Shown piece after piece: positions 16,880-20,926 of a DNA stretch of 20,926 bases. Numbering within the stretch: position 1 is the stretch's first letter; every line of letters begins with the position of its first letter. The position numbers and the translations under genes are program-made. Below the pieces are notes generated by a model. That model searched no databases. It was not told the DNA's origin and was given only the letters and a program-made list of their open reading frames with translations. The stretch comes from Gammaproteobacteria bacterium (GTDB lineage Bacteria > Pseudomonadota > Gammaproteobacteria > GCA-002705445 > GCA-002716945). The stretch spans positions 1 to 20,926 of the forward strand of contig JBJKYD010000019.1 in the NCBI GenBank assembly GCA_045561295.1. The letters are read 5' to 3'.

Positions 16880-17725
16880 ATGAATGGAGTATCAATTAAG
16901 GAAATGATAGATGCCGGAGTCCACTTCGGACATAGATCAAAGTACTGGAATCCAAAGATGGAACCTTACATTTACACAACACACAAAAAATTACATATTC
17001 TTAATCTTGAAAAGAGTATAGAACATTTCAACTTAGCCTCAAAATTCATTCAAAATCTTGTTACAAATAATGGAAAGATTATGTTTATTGGTACTAAACG
17101 AGCTGCATGTGAAATAGTAAAAAAATACTCTAATCTTACTGAGATGCCATATGTGAATAATAGATGGTTAGGCGGTCTTTTAACGAACTTTAATACTGTT
17201 AAACAATCTATTGCAAAGCTTGATGATTTGAGGAACAAATATAAAAATCAGTCGATATATAATTTATCAAAAAAGCAAGCTATAGACTTGAAAAGAAAAA
17301 TAGAGAGATTAGAAAAAAACCTACTTGGAGTTCAACATTTAACAAAGCTTCCAGATGCTATATTTGTTATCGATACAAGATATGAGAGAATTGCTATACA
17401 AGAAGCTAATAAATTGAATATTCCAGTTATTGCTCTTGTAGACTCAAATAATTCTTTTGATGGCGTTGATTATATGATACCTGCAAATGATGATGCTATG
17501 TCATCAATTGATCTTTTTATGAATTCGATATCTAAAATCATATTAGAATCAAAGCCAAAAAAAGCTGTAAGTAATCCTAACTCTGATAAAGGAGAAAAAA
17601 AGTCAATAAAAGCCAAAAAAGTTCTTAAAGCACCTGAAGTTAAAAAAGTTGCATCAAAGTCAAAACCAGCTTCGAAAAAATCAAAAGATGATAAAGAAAA
17701 TTTAGGTGATAATCGAGATGAATGA
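16880..17725 (+). CDS. rpsB: 30S ribosomal protein S2
   Basis: AGVHFGH, WNPKM, FIGTKRAA, RWLGGLLTNF, LPDAIFVID, EANKLNIPV, VDSN, PANDDA. SD GGAG at 16866-16869. Has a Lys-rich C-terminal tail. Confidence 0.97.
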   Translation: MNGVSIKEMIDAGVHFGHRSKYWNPKMEPYIYTTHKKLHILNLEKSIEHFNLASKFIQNLVTNNGKIMFIGTKRAACEIVKKYSNLTEMPYVNNRWLGGLLTNFNTVKQSIAKLDDLRNKYKNQSIYNLSKKQAIDLKRKIERLEKNLLGVQHLTKLPDAIFVIDTRYERIAIQEANKLNIPVIALVDSNNSFDGVDYMIPANDDAMSSIDLFMNSISKIILESKPKKAVSNPNSDKGEKKSIKAKKVLKAPEVKKVASKSKPASKKSKDDKENLGDNRDE

Positions 17726-18548
17726 TTCAAAGCAACTGGTCAAACAACTTAGGGAAATGACGGGTGCGGGTATACTAGATTGTAAGAAATATCTAATCAA
17801 AGCAAATAATAATATTGATGAAGCGATTAAACTTTTTAGATCTGAAGCAGGTGTAAAGGCGGATAAAAAAGGCGCAAGAATAGCTGCAGAGGGTATAGTT
17901 AATTATTATCAAAATGAGAAAAATATACTGTTACTAGAGCTTAATTCAGAGACTGATTTTGTGGCAAGAGACTCTAACTTTATTGACCTTGCTAAATCTG
18001 TAGCAAATAAATTATTAGAAAATGATGAGTCTGATGTAAAAAATGAAATATTAGATCAAATAAAATCTATTATTTCTAAGCTTGGAGAAAACATAAAATT
18101 AAGAAGATTTACAAAAATTGAAAAAAATAATTATGTTTATGGTTATACTCATAACAATAAAATAGCGTCAATAGTAGAGCTTAAAGAAGGTGATGAAAAG
18201 CTTGCCAAGGACATTTGTATGCAAATAGTTGCCTCAAATCCTCTAGCATTAAACGAAGCATCATTAGATAGCGGTACTCTCCTTTCAGAAAAAGAGATAT
18301 ACAAGAAAGAACTTGATAATATTGATAAAAAAGATGACATCAAACGAAATATACTCGAAGGTAAAATGAAAAAATTTATCAATGACAATACATTGTTAAA
18401 TCAACCTTTTGTCAAAGATCCATCTACATCTCTAGCAAAAATCATAAAAGATAATGAAATAATATCTTTCACACGTTATGAAGTTGGTGAGGGTATTGAA
18501 AAAAAATCTGAAGATTTTGCTCAAGAAGTTTATAATCAAATAAGTTAA
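17718..18548 (+). CDS. tsf: Translation elongation factor Ts
   Basis: VKQLREMTGAGILDCKK, RIAAEG, ELNSETDFVA, LGENIKLRRF, LLNQPFVKDP, RYEVGEGIEK..DFAQEV. Start set at ATG17718 (AGGTG at 17704-17708, 8-nt overlap with rpsB); GTG17706 is an alternative. Confidence 0.96.
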   Translation: MNDSKQLVKQLREMTGAGILDCKKYLIKANNNIDEAIKLFRSEAGVKADKKGARIAAEGIVNYYQNEKNILLLELNSETDFVARDSNFIDLAKSVANKLLENDESDVKNEILDQIKSIISKLGENIKLRRFTKIEKNNYVYGYTHNNKIASIVELKEGDEKLAKDICMQIVASNPLALNEASLDSGTLLSEKEIYKKELDNIDKKDDIKRNILEGKMKKFINDNTLLNQPFVKDPSTSLAKIIKDNEIISFTRYEVGEGIEKKSEDFAQEVYNQIS

Positions 18549-18557
18549 GCTTATATC

Positions 18558-19115
18558 ATGTTTGATAAGATTAAATCTGATACTGCATCAACAATGGAGA
18601 AGAGTATTGAAAGCTTCCAATCTGTTTTATCTAAAATACGAGCTGGTAGACCAAATCCGAGTATATTAGATCAAATAATGGTCAACTATTTTGATAGCAA
18701 TACACCCATTAATCAGCTTGCAAATATCACAGTTTCTGATGCATCAACTATCTCCTTGTCTGTATGGGATAAGAATGCAGTAAATAATATAGAAAAAGCA
18801 TTAACTGAGAGTAACTTGGGAGTTAACCCTGTTGTTAATGGCACTAGTATTCATATTAAGTTTCCTCCACTTACTCAGGAAAGAAGGTTGGATTTGATCA
18901 AGATAGTAAAAAAAGAAGGTGAAAACATAAAGGTAACCCTTAGAAATATAAGAAGGAATGCCAATACGTCAATATCAAATTTGGAAAAAGACAAAAAGAT
19001 TTCAAAAGATTTTGAACGAGATTATATTATTGAAATTCAAGAGTTAACTGATAAATATATAAAAACATCTGAAACTATTGTCTTGAAAAAAATTGAAGAA
19101 ATTAGCGAAGTTTAA
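18558..19115 (+). CDS. frr: Ribosome recycling factor
   Basis: 185 aa. MEKSIE, IRAGRPNPSILD, PINQLANI, NLGVNP, PPLTQERR, RNIRR, IQELTDKYI. Confidence 0.96.
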   Translation: MFDKIKSDTASTMEKSIESFQSVLSKIRAGRPNPSILDQIMVNYFDSNTPINQLANITVSDASTISLSVWDKNAVNNIEKALTESNLGVNPVVNGTSIHIKFPPLTQERRLDLIKIVKKEGENIKVTLRNIRRNANTSISNLEKDKKISKDFERDYIIEIQELTDKYIKTSETIVLKKIEEISEV

Positions 19116-19117
19116 TT

Positions 19118-19789
19118 TTGAAACATATAGCTTTTATAATGGATGGCAACGGTCGTTGGGCTAAAGCTCAAGGGAAGTCTAGGCAGTATGGCCACAAAAT
19201 TGGTTCATCAAAAGTTTATGATGTTTTCAAGCTATGTGCGAAATTAGGATGTAAAAGCGCGACATTCTTTGCAATGAGTAGTGAAAACATGCTGAGAAGT
19301 GATAATGAAACTGAGTATATATCTTCATTATTGAAATCCTCAATACAAGAGCATTTTTCTGATTTATTATTAAATAAAACTAAATTTAAAGTAATCGGTG
19401 ATACCACCAAATTATCAGATGATGTAAAAGAAATAATAAAAAATGCTGAAGATGAAACCAAAGACTTTACTAATTTAAAACTACACATTGCTTATAATTA
19501 CGGAGGGCAGTGGGATATTCTCAATGCAGTGAAATCACTTTTACATACAAAGTATCCTCTCACTATAGAAAATTTAAATAATCATTTGTCAACTTCAGAT
19601 GATTTCCCTGATTTAATTGTAAGAACTGGAGGTTATAAAAGACTGAGTAACTTTATGTTATGGCAATCATGTTACAGTGAACTAGAATTTCTAGATATTC
19701 TGTGGCCAGAAATATCTGAAAATGATATCGAATTAATTTTTGAAAAATACATAAATACTAAAAGAAACTTCGGTAGAATCAAGCAATGA
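19118..19789 (+). CDS. uppS: Undecaprenyl diphosphate synthase (cis-prenyltransferase)
   Basis: TTG start 2 nt after frr. HIAFIMDGNGRWAK, GH..G, SSEN, NYGGQWDI, PDLIVRTGG..RLSNFMLWQ..YSEL, LWP, RNFG. Fits frr-uppS-cdsA-dxr synteny. Confidence 0.93.
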   Translation: MKHIAFIMDGNGRWAKAQGKSRQYGHKIGSSKVYDVFKLCAKLGCKSATFFAMSSENMLRSDNETEYISSLLKSSIQEHFSDLLLNKTKFKVIGDTTKLSDDVKEIIKNAEDETKDFTNLKLHIAYNYGGQWDILNAVKSLLHTKYPLTIENLNNHLSTSDDFPDLIVRTGGYKRLSNFMLWQSCYSELEFLDILWPEISENDIELIFEKYINTKRNFGRIKQ

Positions 19790-20598
19790 CTGAAGTTGCT
19801 AAAAGAACTCTTACTACAATTTTTTTATTTTTCTTTTTATCATTTCTATTTTTTTTCGGCAATAATATTGTATTCATTTTTTTTATTTCTATAGTGTCTA
19901 TTTATTCATTTTATGAGTGGATGTTGCTTTCATCTAAACATACTATCTTTCTCCCTATATTTTTTACCTTAAATTTTTTACTCTATTATTTTGATATCAT
20001 CAACACTTATTATTTATCAATAATTTCACTATTAGTCTGGGCAATATTAATATATTCAATTATATTATTAAGTAATCAAATGAAAGCATTCATTAGAAAA
20101 TATCATATGATTATTGGCTTTTTCATATTCTCATCATTTTTTTTACTGTTAATAAATCTGCATCCACATGATACTGCCATAACATCTGATAGTACTCTTG
20201 TTGATAATAAGCACTATTTCTTATTTTTTATTATTTTAATATCTTCTATCGATATTTTTGCATATATCTGCGGTAAAGCGTTTGGTAAAAATAAGATTGT
20301 ACCTTCTCTTAGCCCAAACAAAACTCTTGAGGGATATTTAGGTAGTTTAAGTCTTACTCTTTTATTTTTTATTTCATTTTTCAACATTAATAATCTTATT
20401 TGGACATATTTGGATATATTTTATCTTATCAGCATTATTTTCTTAGCTTTTTTTGGGGACCTATTTATGAGCTTTATTAAAAGAACATATAATATAAAAA
20501 ATACAAGTAATATTTTGCCTGGACACGGCGGAATACTTGATAGGCTAGATAGTTACTTTCCTACATTACCTTTATTTTATCTATGGCTAATGACATGA
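19786..20598 (+). CDS. cdsA: Phosphatidate cytidylyltransferase
   Basis: Highly hydrophobic. DIFAYICGKAFGKNK, SPNKTLEG, GDLFMSFIKR, NILPGHGGILDRLDS. ATGA overlap with uppS. Confidence 0.95.
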   Translation: MTEVAKRTLTTIFLFFFLSFLFFFGNNIVFIFFISIVSIYSFYEWMLLSSKHTIFLPIFFTLNFLLYYFDIINTYYLSIISLLVWAILIYSIILLSNQMKAFIRKYHMIIGFFIFSSFFLLLINLHPHDTAITSDSTLVDNKHYFLFFIILISSIDIFAYICGKAFGKNKIVPSLSPNKTLEGYLGSLSLTLLFFISFFNINNLIWTYLDIFYLISIIFLAFFGDLFMSFIKRTYNIKNTSNILPGHGGILDRLDSYFPTLPLFYLWLMT

Positions 20599-20926
20599 AA
20601 ATGATTAGCATTTTAGGAGCAACAGGGTCTATTGGAAAAAATTCTTTGAATGTTCTTTCTTCACTTGATGATTCTTATAAAGTTTTTGGATTATCATGTC
20701 ACACAAACATAACACTTTTAAGAAATCAGATTTATCAATTTAATCCAGAATATGCGATTATAACAAATCAAAATTCATATGACTTGTTCCTAAAAGAATA
20801 TGGAAAAGATTTAGGTGACACAAAAATTTTATTTGGCGATGAAGGTCTAAATCTCATTACCTCTGATAAAAAAGTTGATACTGTTATAGCAGCAATCACA
20901 GGTTTTTCATGTATTCATCCAGTAAT
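20595..20926 (+). CDS. dxr: 1-deoxy-D-xylulose-5-phosphate reductoisomerase, 5' part (runs off the window)
   Basis: Not in the ORF track. ATG20595 (ATGA overlap with cdsA) reads MKMISILGATGSIGKNSLNV...QIYQFNPEY...FGDEGL...VDTVIAAITGFSCIHPV and is open to the window end. ILGxTGSIG is the DXR NADPH-binding signature. Confidence 0.94.
   Translation, partial: MKMISILGATGSIGKNSLNVLSSLDDSYKVFGLSCHTNITLLRNQIYQFNPEYAIITNQNSYDLFLKEYGKDLGDTKILFGDEGLNLITSDKKVDTVIAAITGFSCIHPV

Noticed and set aside
705-19488. Many short minus-strand ORFs in the track (705-959, 990-1292, 1279-1464, 1678-1911, 3437-3652, 3794-4039, 4154-4351, 5732-6097, 7628-7861, 11543-11737, 12691-12888, 12979-13260, 13284-13640, 13731-14138, 17050-17238, 17470-17730, 18149-18388, 19216-19488)
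   Set aside because: All lie antisense to well-conserved genes, mostly have the Ser/Ile/Phe/Leu-rich composition typical of shadow ORFs, and show no recognisable motifs.
19800-20480. Very T-rich low-complexity stretch suggesting foreign or non-coding DNA
   Set aside because: It is explained by the Phe/Leu/Ile-rich transmembrane helices of CdsA in an AT-rich genome, and the frame is intact.
1-20926. CRISPR array, IS element, prophage, toxin-antitoxin or defence system
   Set aside because: I saw no regularly spaced repeats, terminal inverted repeats or matching ORFs. Apart from 58-483, essentially all coding space is taken by recognisable housekeeping genes.

Overview
This is an AT-rich (about 30% GC by eye), very tightly packed housekeeping region from a streamlined proteobacterium. 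Gene order and protein motifs look gammaproteobacterial, which is an inference. From left to right: the 3' part of tRNA-Leu(TAG), a frameshifted orphan ORF, tig-clpP-clpX-lon-hupB, tRNA-Val(TAC), tRNA-Asp(GTC), ppiD, fabI (- strand), a yejABEF-type peptide ABC transporter, dapE (- strand, split by one +1 frameshift), map (- strand), rpsB-tsf-frr-uppS-cdsA and the 5' part of dxr. I found no mobile element, CRISPR array, defence island or clearly new multi-gene system. The points worth a second look are: (i) a ~134-codon orphan gene that the ORF track misses, lying between tRNA-Leu and tig and broken by a frameshift; (ii) the single-base frameshift in dapE at a CTT-A site just before the catalytic DEE motif; (iii) pyrH missing from tsf-frr and glnD/dapC/dapD missing from map-dapE; (iv) divergent active-site motifs in trigger factor and UppS; (v) very compact regulation, including a 32-bp divergent promoter region, convergent stop overlaps and a 24-bp perfect palindrome between two tRNAs. 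Both frameshifts could be sequencing or assembly errors.
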